From contig JANJGN010000017.1 in assembly GCA_026770705.1 (NCBI GenBank), positions 18,290,001-18,354,000 on the forward strand: a stretch of 64,000 nt of DNA. Direction: 5' to 3'. This document shows, one piece after another, positions 13,595 through 26,336 of the stretch. A program made the translations under genes and the position numbers. Under the pieces are notes generated by a model. It was given only the letters and a program-made list of their open reading frames with translations, searched no databases and had not been told where the DNA came from. This DNA is from Isurus oxyrinchus (taxonomy: Eukaryota). The stretch's first letter is position 1. Every line of letters begins with the position of its first letter.

Positions 13595-13745
13595 GTTAAA
13601 AACAAAAAACCTCGGATGCTGGAAATCCAAAACAAAAACAGAATTACCTTGAAAAACTCAGTAGGTCTGGCAGGTCAACTCTTTTCTTCTCCGCCGATGC
13701 TGCCAGACCTGCTGAGTTTTTCCAGGTAATTCTGTTTTTGTTTTG
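13595..13745. mobile_element. Short palindromic PLE-derived insertion with 15-bp TSD
   Basis: Two inverted copies of the PLE terminus; CAACTCCAGTACAAA duplicated at 13580-13594 and 13746-13760. Confidence 0.85.
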
Positions 13746-14039
13746 CAACTCCAGTACAAACCTGGGGTAGGCCCTTCCTGGACTTTCAGTTATGCACCCA
13801 CCAAATAAAGATTAGCTTCTAATTGTATGCCTGTCAAGTGACCCACATTCCTCTTGCAATGGTAATGATTTATTCTGTGCACAAGGTGGCAACAAATCTT
13901 GTTTCAGCTTCGACCGAACAGCAGCCATTCTGGGTAAAGTTGATCTACATTAATGCAGCTCTTCCCCACTCAACCCCAAGGGAACAGTGAGGCTACTTCT
14001 TAAAATACACCTCAATATTGATGGGGTTCATATACTTTA

Positions 14040-14356
14040 ATTGTACTTAAGATGATTAGAAGGGTTGACAAGGTAGAGAGAAACGGTCTCCTCTGGTGGG
14101 AAAATCTTGAAAAAGGGAGCATAACCTTAAAATTAAGAGCTAGACTGTTTAGGGATGATGTCAGGAAGTACATCGAACAAAAAATCTGGAACAATCTCCC
14201 CCAAAAAGCTGTTGAGGCTGGAGGTCATTTGCAGCTTTCAAAATTGACATTGATAGATTTTTGGTGGACAAGGATTTTCAAGGTTATGAAACCAAGGTGG
14301 ATAAATGGAGTTAAGACACAGATCACCCGATCTAATTGAATGGCAGTACAGGTTCA
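14040..14356 (+). mobile_element. CR1 3' fragment
   Basis: ORF 14052-14339 resembles the CR1 ORF2 C-terminus (LKLRARLFRDDVRK..WNNLPQKAVEA). Confidence 0.7.
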
Positions 14357-16762
14357 TAGGAACATAAGAAATAGAAGCAGGAGTTGGCCAGTTGGCCCCT
14401 CAAGCCTGCTCTGCCAGTCAGTAAGATCATGACTGATCTAATCTGCCTTAACTCCATTTTCCTATCTGTCCCTCAAAGCCCTGGACCCCCTTGTCAATCA
14501 AAAATGTGTCTAACTTAGCCTTGAATATTTTCAATGACTCAGCCTCCACTGCTCGCTGTGGGAGAGAATTCCAAAACACTAATGATCCTTTGAGAGAAGA
14601 AATGTCTCCTCATCTCCATCTTAAATGAGACCCCCTTTGTAAGCTGTGCCCCCAGTACTAGATTCCCCCATGAGAGAAAAAATCCTCCCAGCACCCACCC
14701 TGTCAAGTCTCTTCAGGATCTTAGATGTTTCAATAAGAACAACTCTCATTCTTCTAAACTCCAACCTTTCCTCATAAGACAACCCCCCTTCATCCCCGGA
14801 ATCAGTCAAATGAATTTTCTCTGAACTGCCTTCAGTGCAAGCATGTCCCTCCTTAATATGGTGACCAAAACTGTACACAGTATGCTAGGTATGGTCTCAC
14901 TAATGTACTGTATAGTTGTAGCAATTCTTCCATACTTTTATACTCTATCCCCTTTCAATAAAGGCCAATATTCCATTTGCCTTCCTAATTGCTTGCTGTA
15001 CCTGCATGTTAACTTTTTGTGACTCATGTACAAAGACACCCAGATCCCTCTGTACTGCAGCATTCTGGAGTACCCCAATTTAAATAATACTGTTTTTCTG
15101 TACTTCCTGCCAAAGTGGATAACCTCACATTTTCCCACATTATACCCCATCTGTCAAATTTTTGCCTGCTCACTTTAACCTATGAGGACATTGGAGCAGG
15201 AGTAGGCTATTCAGCCCCTCGAGCCCGCTCTGCCATTTAACTAGATCATGGCTGATCTACCTCAAAATCATCTTGCCGCACTATCCCCATATCCCTTGAT
15301 GTCATTAGTATCTAGAAATCTAAGAGTTTATGTTGTGTACATACTCAATATCTGATCCTCCACAGCCCTCTTGGGTTGAGAATTCCAAAGATTCACCACT
15401 CTCTGAGTGAATAAATTCCTGCTCATCTCAGCGCTAAATAGCCTGTCTCTTATTCTGAGACTGTGAACCCTGGTTCTAGACACCCTCAACCAAACCAGGG
15501 GAAACATCATTCCTACATCTACCCTGTCAAGCCCTGTAAGAATTTTATACATTTCAATGAGATCACCTCTGATCCTTCTAAACTCCAGTGAATACAGGCC
15601 CAGTCTCCCAATCTCTCCTCATTGGACAATGCTGCCATCCCAGGGATTAGTCCGGTGTACCTTTGTTGCACCCCCTCTGTGGCCAGTATATCCTTCCTTA
15701 GGTAAGAGACCAAAACTTTTTTATTCATTCATGGGATGTGGGCTTCGCTGGCTGGGCCAGCATTTATTACCCATCCCCAGTTGCTGTTGAGAAGGTGGTG
15801 GTGAGCTGCCTTCTTGAACCGCTGCAGTCCATGTGGTGTAAGTACACCCACGGTGCTGTTATGGAGGGAGTTCCAAGATCTTGACCCAGCGATAGTGAAG
15901 GAACAGCGATATATTTCCAAGTCAGGATGGTTAGTGACTTGGAGGGGAACTTCCAGCTGTGGTGTGCCCATCTATCTGCTGCCCTTGTCCTTCTAGATGG
16001 TAGTGGTTGTGGGTTTGCAAGGTGCTGTCGAAGGAGCCTTGGTGAATTCCTGCAGTGCACCTTGTAGATGGTACACACTTTTGCTCGTATGCGTCGGTGG
16101 TGGAGGGAGTGAATGTTTGTGGATGTGATGCCAATCAAGCGGGCTGCTTTGTCCTGGATGGTGTCAAGCTTTTGAGTGTTGTGGGAGCTGCACTCAACCA
16201 GGCAAGTGGGGAGTATTCCATCACACTCCTGACTTGTGCCTTGTAGATGGTAGACAGGCTTTGGGGAGTCAGGAGGTGAGTTACCTGTCACATGATTCCT
16301 AGCTCCTGACCTGCTCTTGTAGCCACAGTATTTATATGGCTAGTCTAGTTCAGTTTCTGGTCAATGGTAACCCCCAAGCTGTTGATAGTGGGGGATTCAG
16401 TAATGATAATGCCAGTGAACATTGAGGGGTGATTGTTGGATTCTCTCTTGTTGGAGATGGTCATTGCCTGACACTTGTGTGGTGAGAACGTTACTTGCCA
16501 CTTGTCAGCCTAAGCCTGGATTTTGTCCATGTCTTGCTGCATTTGGACATGGACTGCTTCAGTATCTGAGAAGTCGCAAATGGTGCTGAACGTTGTGCAA
16601 TCATCAGCGAACATCCCCACTTCCGATCTTATAATGGAAGGAAGGTCATTGATGAAGCAGTTAAATATGGGCTGAGGACACTACCCTGAGGAACTCCTGC
16701 AGTGATGTCCTGGAGCTCAGATGACTGACCTCCAACAACCACAACCATTTTCCTTTGTGCTA

Positions 16763-19700
16763 GTTTAAAAGGACATGTTTAAAAAGAATGTGGAGAGCAG
16801 GAGAGACTTCAGTTTAAAAAGGGCGCGGAGAGCGGCGGGGACTTCAGTTTGGGTATCTTAGGTACCTTGCTGGGAGGCGGAGCAGACCTGCGGGAGATAG
16901 TCGGGAGATGAGAAGCACACAGTTTCACTATTTGAGCTGCTGTGAGGCTACGGTCTGGGAAAAAGAAAAGAAGCAACTGTGATGTTACAAGAAGCTAGTA
17001 AGTCGATTGTCTGGTAAGTGCTCAGTCTAAGGGACAGTGTGTGAGAAACAGACAGGTGAGTTATGGTAGATCAATAAATAAAAAGAACAAAAACTTTAAA
17101 ATAATATACCAAAATTTGAAAACTTTAAACTTAAAATCAAAAGTAATTTAAGCAAACATCTAAAACATATACCTTGTAGTTAAGTATATAACCTTTAGCT
17201 GTCAGTGGTACTAGCATTCAATAAACACAGTAAATTGTAGCATACATAGGAAGAAAGTAATTAAAGTAAATTAACTAAATTACATAAGTTAGAATGGTGG
17301 GGCAGGTGTTATGTTGCAGCTGTGAAATGTGGGCACTTTTGGAGGCCAAGGCAATCCATGACAAACACGTCTGCAGGAACAGCTTGAGGAATTCCGGATC
17401 AGGATTATTGATCTGGAAGCCGAAATGCAGACACTGTGCAACATGAGGGGAGAAATACCTGGATATTTGTTCCAGAAGACAGTCACGCCTTTTGGAAGAG
17501 GGTCATCTGTTTTGGTCAGCAGTGAGGGACAGGAGGATGTGACTGTCAGTGAGGCAGGTAATGGGACTGAGCAGACAGTAGGGGAGGAGCCTCTGGCTTT
17601 GCAATTGTCAAATAGGTTTGAGGTGCTCACAACCCGTGTGAATGAAAGCGAGGTCTGAAAGATGGATGAGCTGGCTGGCTCTGTGGTATAGGAAGCCATT
17701 TAAGCCGGGGGAGCAAAAAGGAATGTAGTGGTAATAGGGAATAGTATAGTGAGGGGGATTGGCACTGTTCTCTGCAACAAAAAGTGGGAGTCCAGATGGC
17801 TATGTTGCCTGCCTGGTGCCAGAGTTTGGGACATCTGCTCAGGACTGGAGAGGAACTTGCAGTGAGAAGGGGAGGATCCAGTTGTCGTGGTCCATGTAGG
17901 TACCAATGACATAGGTAGAACTAGGAAAGAGATTCTGTAAAGTCAGTATGAGGAGCTAGGTACCAAATTAAGAAGCAAAACCTCAGGTAATAATCTCTGG
18001 ATTATTACCTGAGCCACGTGCAATTTGCATAGGGCAAATAAGATTAGAGAGACGAATGTGTGGCTCAAAGACTGGTGTGGGAGAAGTGGGTTCCGGTTTG
18101 TGGGGCACTGACATCAGTACTGGGGAAAGTGGGAGCTGTATTGTTGGGACAGTTTACACCTGAACTGTGCTGGGACAAATGTCCTCGCAAATCGCATAAC
18201 TAGGGAAGTGGAGAGGGCTTTAAGCTAAACAAGAGGGGTGAAGGATCGAGCTTGGGTAGGGGTAGCAATTCAAGGTATAATCAAGGCAGGAGAGCAAAAT
18301 AGTGATATGAGAAAGGAAGGTCAGAAAATGGCAGGAAGGGACAGAGAAAAGAAAAACTATGAATACATCAACAGTCAAGACTGGATGTTACAAAGGTATC
18401 AAAAAGACAAAACTGAAGGCTCTCTATCTGATTGCATGTAGCGTTCACAACAAAGTAAATGAATTGATGACCCACATTGAAGTAAATAAATATGATCTGA
18501 TAGCAATTACGGAGATGTGGCTGCAGGACGACAAAGATTGGGTCCTGAATATTGAAGGGCACATGACATTCAAGAAGAATAGGGAACTAGGTAAAGGTAG
18601 AGGGGTAACACTGTTAATCAAAGAGGGCATTGGTGCAATAGTTAGAGATGACCTCAGTTCAGGAGATCAGCTTGTAGAATCGGTTTGGGTGGAGATGAGG
18701 AATCGTAGGGGAAAAAAGTCATTACTGGCAGCGATCTACAAGTCCCAACAGTAGCTACAGTGTAGGACAAAGTATACAGGAGAAAATATCATGTGCTTGT
18801 GATGAAAGGATGGCAGTAATTGCACTGGAGGGCTTGTAGAGGAGATTCACCAGGATGTTGCCTAGGATGAAATATTTAAGTTATGAAGAGTGGTTGGATA
18901 GACTTGGGTTGTTTTCGTCGGAGCAGAGAAGACTGAGGGGCGACCTGATCGAGGTGTACAAGATTATGAGGGGCATGACAGGGTGGATAGGGAGCAGCTG
19001 TTCCCCTTACGAGGGGACACAAGTTCAAGGTGAGGGGCAGCGGGTTTAGGGAGGATCTGAGGAAAAACCATGGTGACGGTCTGGAATGCGCTGTCTGGGA
19101 GGATGGTGGAGGCAGGTTCGCTCACATCCTTTAAAAAGTACATGGATGAGCACTTGGCACGTCATAACATTCAAGGCTATGGCCAAGTGCTGGTAAATGG
19201 GATTAGGTAGGTAGGTCAAGTGTTTCTCAAGTGTCAATGCAGACTCAATGGGCCGAAGGGCCTCGTCTGCATTCTGTGATTCTGTAATCATGAGTGATTT
19301 TAATCTACGCATAAACTGGAAAAATTAGATTGGTAGTAGTAGCCTCGATGAGGAGTTCTTAGAATACTTTTGAGTTAGTTTCTTAGAGCAGTATGTTCTG
19401 GAACCAACCAGAGAGCAGATTATATTAGATTTGGTATTGTGTAACATGACAAGATTAATCAATGACCTCAGAGTAAAGGAACCCCTAGGTAGCAGCAACC
19501 ACAATATGATTGAATTTTACATCCAGTTTGAAAGGGAGAAGAGCGGGTCTAAGACTAGTATCTTAAAATTAAATAAGGGCAACTATGTGGGGATGAAAGC
19601 TGAGCAGGCTGGTGAACTGGGAAACTAGGCTAGAGGATAGATCAATAGAGAAGCAGTAGCAGACATTTAAGTGGATATTTCAGAGTATTCAGAATAAGTA

Positions 19701-21494
19701 CATTCCTACTATAAAGAAACATTCTAAGGGGAGGACCCAACATCCATGGTTAGGTAGAGATGTTAAGGAAAGCATCAAACTTAAGGATAAAGCATACAAC
19801 TCTGCAAAAATGGCAGAACAGACGATTCGTCAGAATACAAAGAATAGCAGAGAATAAAAGGTTAATCGGGAGAAGGAATTAAGAATATGAGAGGAAGCTA
19901 GTCAGAAATATAAAAATGGATAGCAAGAGTTTCTACAGGCGTCTAAAAAGGAAAAGAGTAAGTAAAGCGAATGTGAGTGACATGGGGGAATTAATAGTAG
20001 ATAATAAGGAAATGGCAGAAGAAATGAACAAATATTTTGCTTCTGTGTTCACTATAGAGGATACAAAAAACATTCCAGTAAAGCTGCAAATCAGGAGGTG
20101 AACAGGAGAAAGGAACTTGGTGAAATCGAAATCATTAGGGAAACTGTACTGAGCAAATTGATGGAGCTGCAAGCTGGCAAGTCTCCAGGTCCCAATGGAC
20201 TACATCCTAGGGTCTTAAAAGAGGTGGCTAATGAGGTAGTTGATGCGCTGGTGTTAATATTCCAAAATTTGCTAGATTCTGGAAAAGTTCCATCAGACGG
20301 GAAAGTAGCAAACATAACCCCTCTATTCAAGAAGGGAGGGACACAGAAAACAGGAAACTATAGGCCAGTTAGATTGACACCTGTTGTGGGGAAGTTATTA
20401 GAATTGATCATTAAGGAGGCTATAGCTGGGCACTTAGAAGAGCTCAAGGCAATTGGGAAGAGTCAACATGTTGCGTGAAAGGAAAATGTTTAACCGATTT
20501 ATTGGAGTTTTTTGAAGGAGTAACATGCGCAGTGGATTAAGGGGAACTTATAGATGTACTGTACTTGGATTTCCAGAAGGTATTTGGTAAGATGCCACAT
20601 CAAAGATTATTACGGAAAATTAAAGTGCATGGTGTAGTGGGTAACATATTAGTATGGATAGAAGATTGGATGACTGACAGAAAAGAGAGAGTATGCATAA
20701 ATTGGTCTTTTTCTGACTGCAGGATGTGATGAGTGAAGTCCCACAGGGGTCTGTACTGGGGCCTCAACTTTTTATGATATACATCAATGACTTAGATGAG
20801 GGGAGTGAAGGCATGGTAGCTAAATTTGCAGATGACGCAAAGATAGGTAGGAAAGTATGTTGTGAAGAGGACATGAGGTTGTAGATGGATATAGATTGGT
20901 TGAGTGAGTGGGCAAAGATTAGGCAAATGGAGCTTAATGTGAGAAAATGTGAAGCTGTTCACTTTGGCAGGAAGAACAAAAAAGCAGAGTATGACTTAAA
21001 TGACTTATGGTTGCATAATTCTGAGGTGCAGATGGATCTAGGTGTTCGAGTACGAGTCACAAAAAGTTAGTATATAGGTACAGCATGTAATTAAGAAGGC
21101 TAATGGAATGCTATCCTTTATTATGAGAGGTATTGAACATAAAATAAGGATGTCATGCTTCAATTATTCAGGGCATTGTGAGATCGCACCTCGAATACTG
21201 TGTGCATTTTGGTCTCCTTATTTAAGGAAGGATGTAAATGCATTGGAGCCGGTTCAAAAGAGGTTTACTAGATTGATACCTGGAATGAGTGGGTTGTCTT
21301 ATGAGGAAAGGTTGGTCAGATTGGGCTCATTTCCACTGGAGTTTAGGAGAGTGATGGGTGATATGATTGAAGTATACAAGATCCTGAACGGCCTTGACAA
21401 GGTGGACATCGAAAGGATGTTTCATCTTGTGGGTGAGTCCAGAACTAGGGGGCACTGTTTTAAAATTAAGGGTCGCCCTTTTAGGGCAAAGAGA
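16763..21494 (+). mobile_element. Near full-length CR1 LINE (5'UTR, ORF1 with SGNH esterase, ORF2 APE endonuclease + RT), disabled; 3' end deleted
   Basis: ORF1 remnants VVVIGNSIVRG, VVVHVGTNDIG, DSLHLN; ORF2 remnants [44 protein letters not shown]; repeated gtttaaaaag motifs in the 5'UTR. Confidence 0.9.
18821..19283 (+). mobile_element. CR1 3' fragment inserted in the endonuclease region of the 16763-21494 CR1
   Basis: Ends in an attctgtg-type repeat tail; GTAAT duplicated at 18816-18820 and 19284-19288; host reading AVI|M.DFN resumes. Confidence 0.85.
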
Positions 21495-24400
21495 CATCAG
21501 CCTTGCCTTTTGTGCTGATGTTCTGGGCTCCCCCATCATTGAGGATGGGGATATTTGTGGATCCTCCTCCTCCGGTGAGTTGTTTAATTGTCCACCACCA
21601 TTCATGACTGGAAGTGGCAGGACTGCAGAGCTTAGATCTGATCCGTTGGTTGTGGGATTGTTTAGCTCTATCACTTGCTGCTTATGCTGCTTGACGCACA
21701 AGTAGTCCTGTGTTATAGCTTCACCAGGTTGACACCTCATTTTTTTCGGTGTGCCTGATCCTGCTCCTGGCATGCCCTCCTGCACTCTTCATGGAATCAG
21801 AGCTGATCCCCAAGCTTGGTGGCAATGGTAGAGTGGGGGATATGCCGGGCCATGAGGTTACACATTGTGTTTTGAGTACACTTCTGCTGCTGATGGCCCA
21901 CAGTGCCTCATGGATGCCCAGTCTTCAGTTGCTAGATCTGTTCGAAATCTATCCCATTTAGCACGGTGGAAGTGCCACACAAAACGATGGAGGGTATCCT
22001 TAATGTGAAGGTGGGACTTCATCTCCACAATGACTGTGCGGTGGTCACTCCTACCGATACTGTCATGGACAGATGCAAGTGCGGCAGGCAGGTTGTTGAG
22101 GATGAGATCAAGTAATTTTTTTCCCTTTTGTTGGTTCCCTCCTGCTGCAGACCCAGTCTCGTAGCTATGTCATTTAGGACTTGGTCAGTAGTGGTGCTAC
22201 CGAGCCACTCTTGGTGGTGGACATTGAAGTCCCCCAACCAGTGTACATTCTGTGTCCTTGCCACCTCAGTGCTTCCTCCAAGTGGTGTTCAACATGGAGG
22301 AGCACTGATTCATCAGCTGAGGGAGGGCGGTACGTGGTAATCAGCAGGAAGTTTCCTTGCCCATGTTTGACCTGATGCTATGAGATTTCATGGGGTCCGG
22401 GGTCGATAATGAGGACTCCCAGGGCAACTCCCTCCCTACTGTATACCACTGTGCCCGCCACCTCTGCTGGGCCTGTCCTGCCAGTGGGACAGGACATACC
22501 CAGGGATAATGATGGTGGAATCTAGGACATTATCTGTCAGGTATGATTCTGTGAGGATGACTATGTCAGGCTATTGCTTAACTAGTCTGTGAGACAATTT
22601 TGGCACTAGCCCCTAGATGTTAGTAAGGAGGACTTTGCAGGGTTGACAGGGCTGAGTTTGCCAGTGTCATTTTTGGTGCCTGGGTTGATGCCAGGTGGTC
22701 CATCCAGTTACATTTTTTTTTGTCACTTTGTTGCAGTTTGTTACAACCTAGTGGCTTGCTAGGTCATTTCAGAGGGCATTTAAGAGTCAACCATATAGCT
22801 GTGGGTCTGGACTCAGACCAGGTAAGGATGACAGATTTCTTTCCCTAAAGGACATTAGTGAACCAGATGGGTTTTTACAACAATTGACAATGGTTCCATG
22901 GTTATCTATTCAAATTCAAATTCCACCATTTGCCATGGCAGGATTGGAACCTGGAATCCCAGGGCATTACCCTGGGTCTCTGGATTACTAGTCCAGTGAC
23001 AATACCACTGCGCCATCACTGCACACAATACTCCAGGTGCAGTTTCACCAAGGGTCTATTCAACTGCAGCAAGACTTCTTTACTCCTGCACTGAAATCCC
23101 GTTGCAGTAAATGCCAACACACCATTTGCCTTCCTAATTGCTTGTTTCATCTGCAAGTTAGCTTTCAGTGACTTATGAACAAGGACACCCAGGTCCCTTT
23201 GGATATCAGCACTTTCCAATTTCTCCCTATTTAAGAAATACTCCACATTTCTGTTTTTCCTACCAAAGTGGATAACTTCACTGCACCGCCACACACCCAC
23301 CACCCCCCCCAACAGCCCACCTGCCATGTTCTTGCTCACTCACTTAGCCTGTAGAAATCCGCTGGAAGCCTCTTTACAACCTCCTCACAACTCTCATTCC
23401 CACCAAATTTTGTGTCATCAGCAAACTTGGAAATATTACATTTGGTCCCCACATCCAAATCATTGAAGTAGATTGTGAATAGCTGGGGCCCAAGCACTGA
23501 TCCTTGTGGTACCCCACTAGTCACAGCCTGCCACTCTGAGAATGATCCATTTATCCCTACTCTCTTGTTTTCTGTCCGTTAACCAATCCTCAATCCATGT
23601 CAGTAAATTACTCCCTTATATTATCTATGTCACTTTGCAGAGTTTGTATCCTCCTCACGACTTGTTCTCCTACCTAGCTTGGTAACATCAGCAATTTGAC
23701 TACACTACAGTTGGCCCCTTAATCCAAATTATTGATATAGATCGTAAATAGTTGAGGGCCCAACACTGATCCTTGTGGCACTCCACTAGTTACAGTTTGC
23801 CAACCTGAAAATGATCCATTTATCCCGACTAGTTACAATCTGTTTCCTGTTAGTTAGCTAGTCTTCTATCCATGGTAATATATCACCACAACACCCTATG
23901 CTCTTACCTTGTGTAGTAATATTTTATGTGGTACCTTATGGAATGCCGTTTGGAAATTCACAGAATCACAGAATCTTTACAGTGCAGAAGGAGGCTATTC
24001 GACCCATCAAGTCTTCACTGACTTTCTGAATGACCGTTCTACCTAGTCCCTGCTCCCCTGCCTTATCCCTGTAATCTTGTACATTCTCTCTTTTCAGATA
24101 GCAATCCAAATCCCCCTTTGAATACCTCGATCGAACCTGCATCCACCATGCTCTCAGGAAATTTGTTCCAGACTCCAACCATCCGCTGGGTGAAAAATAT
24201 TTCCTCACATCACCTTTACTCCTTTTGCCAATTATTTTGAATCTGTGCCCTCTAGTTCATGATGTTCTCTTAAGGATCTTGAATATCTCTATCACGTCTC
24301 CCCTCAGCCTATCCAAATGTACCACATCTCTGGTTCCCCTTTATCCACCTTGTTTATTAAATCCACTTTAATAAATCAGTCAAATACCATTTCCCTTTTA

Positions 24401-25221
24401 CAAAACCATGCTGATTTGGATTGATTATTTTGTGATTTTCTAAATGTCCTGCTACTAGCTCTTTAAAAATGGATTCTTGCATTTTCACAATGATACATGT
24501 TAGACTAACCGGCCTATAGTTTTCTGCTTTCTGTCTCCCTCCTTTCTTGAACAGAGGTGTTACATATGCAGTTTTCCACTCCGCTGGGACCTTTACAGAA
24601 TCTAGGAAATTTTGGAAGAGTCAACGATTAAATGTATCCACTATCTCTTCTTTTAAGATCCTAGGATGCAGGCCATCAGGTCCCAGGGACCTGCCAGCCT
24701 TAAGTCCCATTAGTTTGCCCATTACTTCTTCTCAAGTGATAGTGATTGTTCTAAGTTCCTCCCTCCTTTTTGCCCATTGATTTTCAACTATTCTTGGATG
24801 CTTCTTGCGTCTTTTACTTTGAAGAATATAAAAGTCTTGTTCAAAGCCTCTGCCATTTCCTCATTTCCCATTAATTCCCCAGTCTCACCTTCTAATGGAC
24901 CAATACTCACTTTAGCTACTCTTTTTCTTTTTATATGCATGTAGAAGCTTATAATACCTGTTTTTGCAGGAAGAGCTTTCAAAGGGATGAATGGGTTCCT
25001 CCTGTTTTTAATTGTCAAATGCATGTGGGATAGTGGGTTGTTGTTGGTTCCTTGGGAGGTGGGAGTGTGGAGCGGAGATGGTGAGCCTGACTTGTCCAGT
25101 GACTGTGTGAGGTCCACAGCGCAGGGGCTGTAGAGATAGCTGCACTGTCGAGGGCAGAAAGTCACCCAGGATCTGAGGGATTCAACAGGCAAAAACGGAT
25201 GAGGTGAAGCAGATAGCAGAG

Positions 25222-25750
25222 CCATAGAATCGTACCACAAGGGAGGCCATTTGGCCCATTGTGCCTGGCCAGCTCTTCGAGAGAATGATTCAATTAATTT
25301 GCCTTCCCCTACTCTTTCCACTCTGCAATCTTGGAAGTTATTATCAAGTCTGCTTCCACTGATCAATCCAGATCATAGCTCATTGCGTAAAAAATCTCAT
25401 CTCCCTTCCAGTTTTTTGTTAATTACCTTAAATCTATGACCTCTAGTTACCAACCCTCCAGCCAGTGGAAAAATCGATTCACTCTAACCAAAACCCTAAT
25501 GATTTGAACACTTCTGTTAAATCTCTTATATTAAGCTTCTTGGCTCTAAGGAGAAAAATTCCTGCTTCTCCAGTATCTCAACATAACTTAAATCTCTCAT
25601 CCTTGGTACTACTCCAGCAAATCTCCTTTGCTCCCTCTCCAAGGCCTTGACATTTTACTTAGAAGTGGCCAGAACTGCGCACAGCTGAGGCCTACCCAGT
25701 GATTTACACAGATTTAGCATACCTTCCCTATGTTTGTACACTTTAGCCCT
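25222..25750 (-). mobile_element. CR1 3' fragment just downstream of the POLL stop codon
   Basis: catagaat..aggccatttggccc terminus and CR1 ORF2 C-terminal similarity. Confidence 0.6.
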
Positions 25751-25974
25751 GTTTGTAAAAAAATAGGCCACTTTCTTTTTTCAGACTGTAAAGCTCACCG
25801 AAGGTGAACTGTTATTTTGTGTTTTGGATGCATAAAAACCACTCAAAGTAGGCAGTTCAGCACAGACCAGGAGCTGAACCCTGCGTGTTCCTGGCAAGTG
25901 TGGTTCAGTGCCACACTGGGTGATGCATTCACAGCCACAGCCAAATAAGGCCTCTGCCATCCTGCAGCAGCACA

Positions 25975-26336
25975 TCACCAGTCCCTCTCACATGGCTCCC
26001 TATACGGCAGTCCCAGCTGCTCAAAGATGTCTTGCTCGGATGTCGTGGAGATGGTCACACCGGTGCTGATCTTGGCACACCCCATCCTTAGGACATGGCA
26101 GTTCAGCGAGTGCTCCGATAGGCTCATGCCCTTTGTCTTGGCCAATGCCCGCATGGACCGGTTAAAATGTGCAGAGCCGGTGAAGTACATCAGGGCGCAG
26201 GCAAACTCACTGTATGGCACCACGATGATGTCGAGCCGTCGGTGACGATGCCCAGGACCTGGAAGCCTGCAAACCCCCAGGTATTTCTTCTGGTTCCCAC
26301 TGTCCTCCTGACTGACCAAGTCATTGGTGAGAAACC
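25975..26336 (-). CDS. POLL: POLL terminal coding exon (palm/thumb)
   Basis: (G)[11 protein letters not shown]...[42 protein letters not shown]...[15 protein letters not shown]; acceptor ttgaaag. Confidence 0.97.

Larger units (their letters stand above)
15717..23017 (-). mobile_element. LINE-B copy 1 (15717-16762 3' part + 21495-23017 5' part): CR1/L2-group non-LTR element with a tRNA-like 5' head
   Basis: Colinear with the 41936-45220 copy except for a ~650 bp gap; poly(A) tail at 15717; EN motif LGDFNVHH at ~22230. Confidence 0.8.
15184..23612 (-). mobile_element. Second-level CR1 fragment (15184-15716 + 23018-23612)
   Basis: ...gagaccaaaac (15716) resumes as actgcacacaatactccagg (23018); RT motifs [10 protein letters not shown] and KFADDTK in ORF 23336-23524. 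Confidence 0.8.
14357..24960 (-). mobile_element. Outer CR1 LINE (14357-15183 + ~23623-24960), host to a nested stack; also split by a CR1 3' fragment at 23961-24310
   Basis: The CR1 sequence ...tcactttaacctat (15183) resumes as atctatgtcactttgcag (~23623); RT and tether remnants on -. Confidence 0.75.

Noticed and set aside
22933-23017. Functional tRNA gene
   Set aside because: No proper acceptor stem, an atypical extra hairpin, and it is fused to LINE sequence in two diverged copies.
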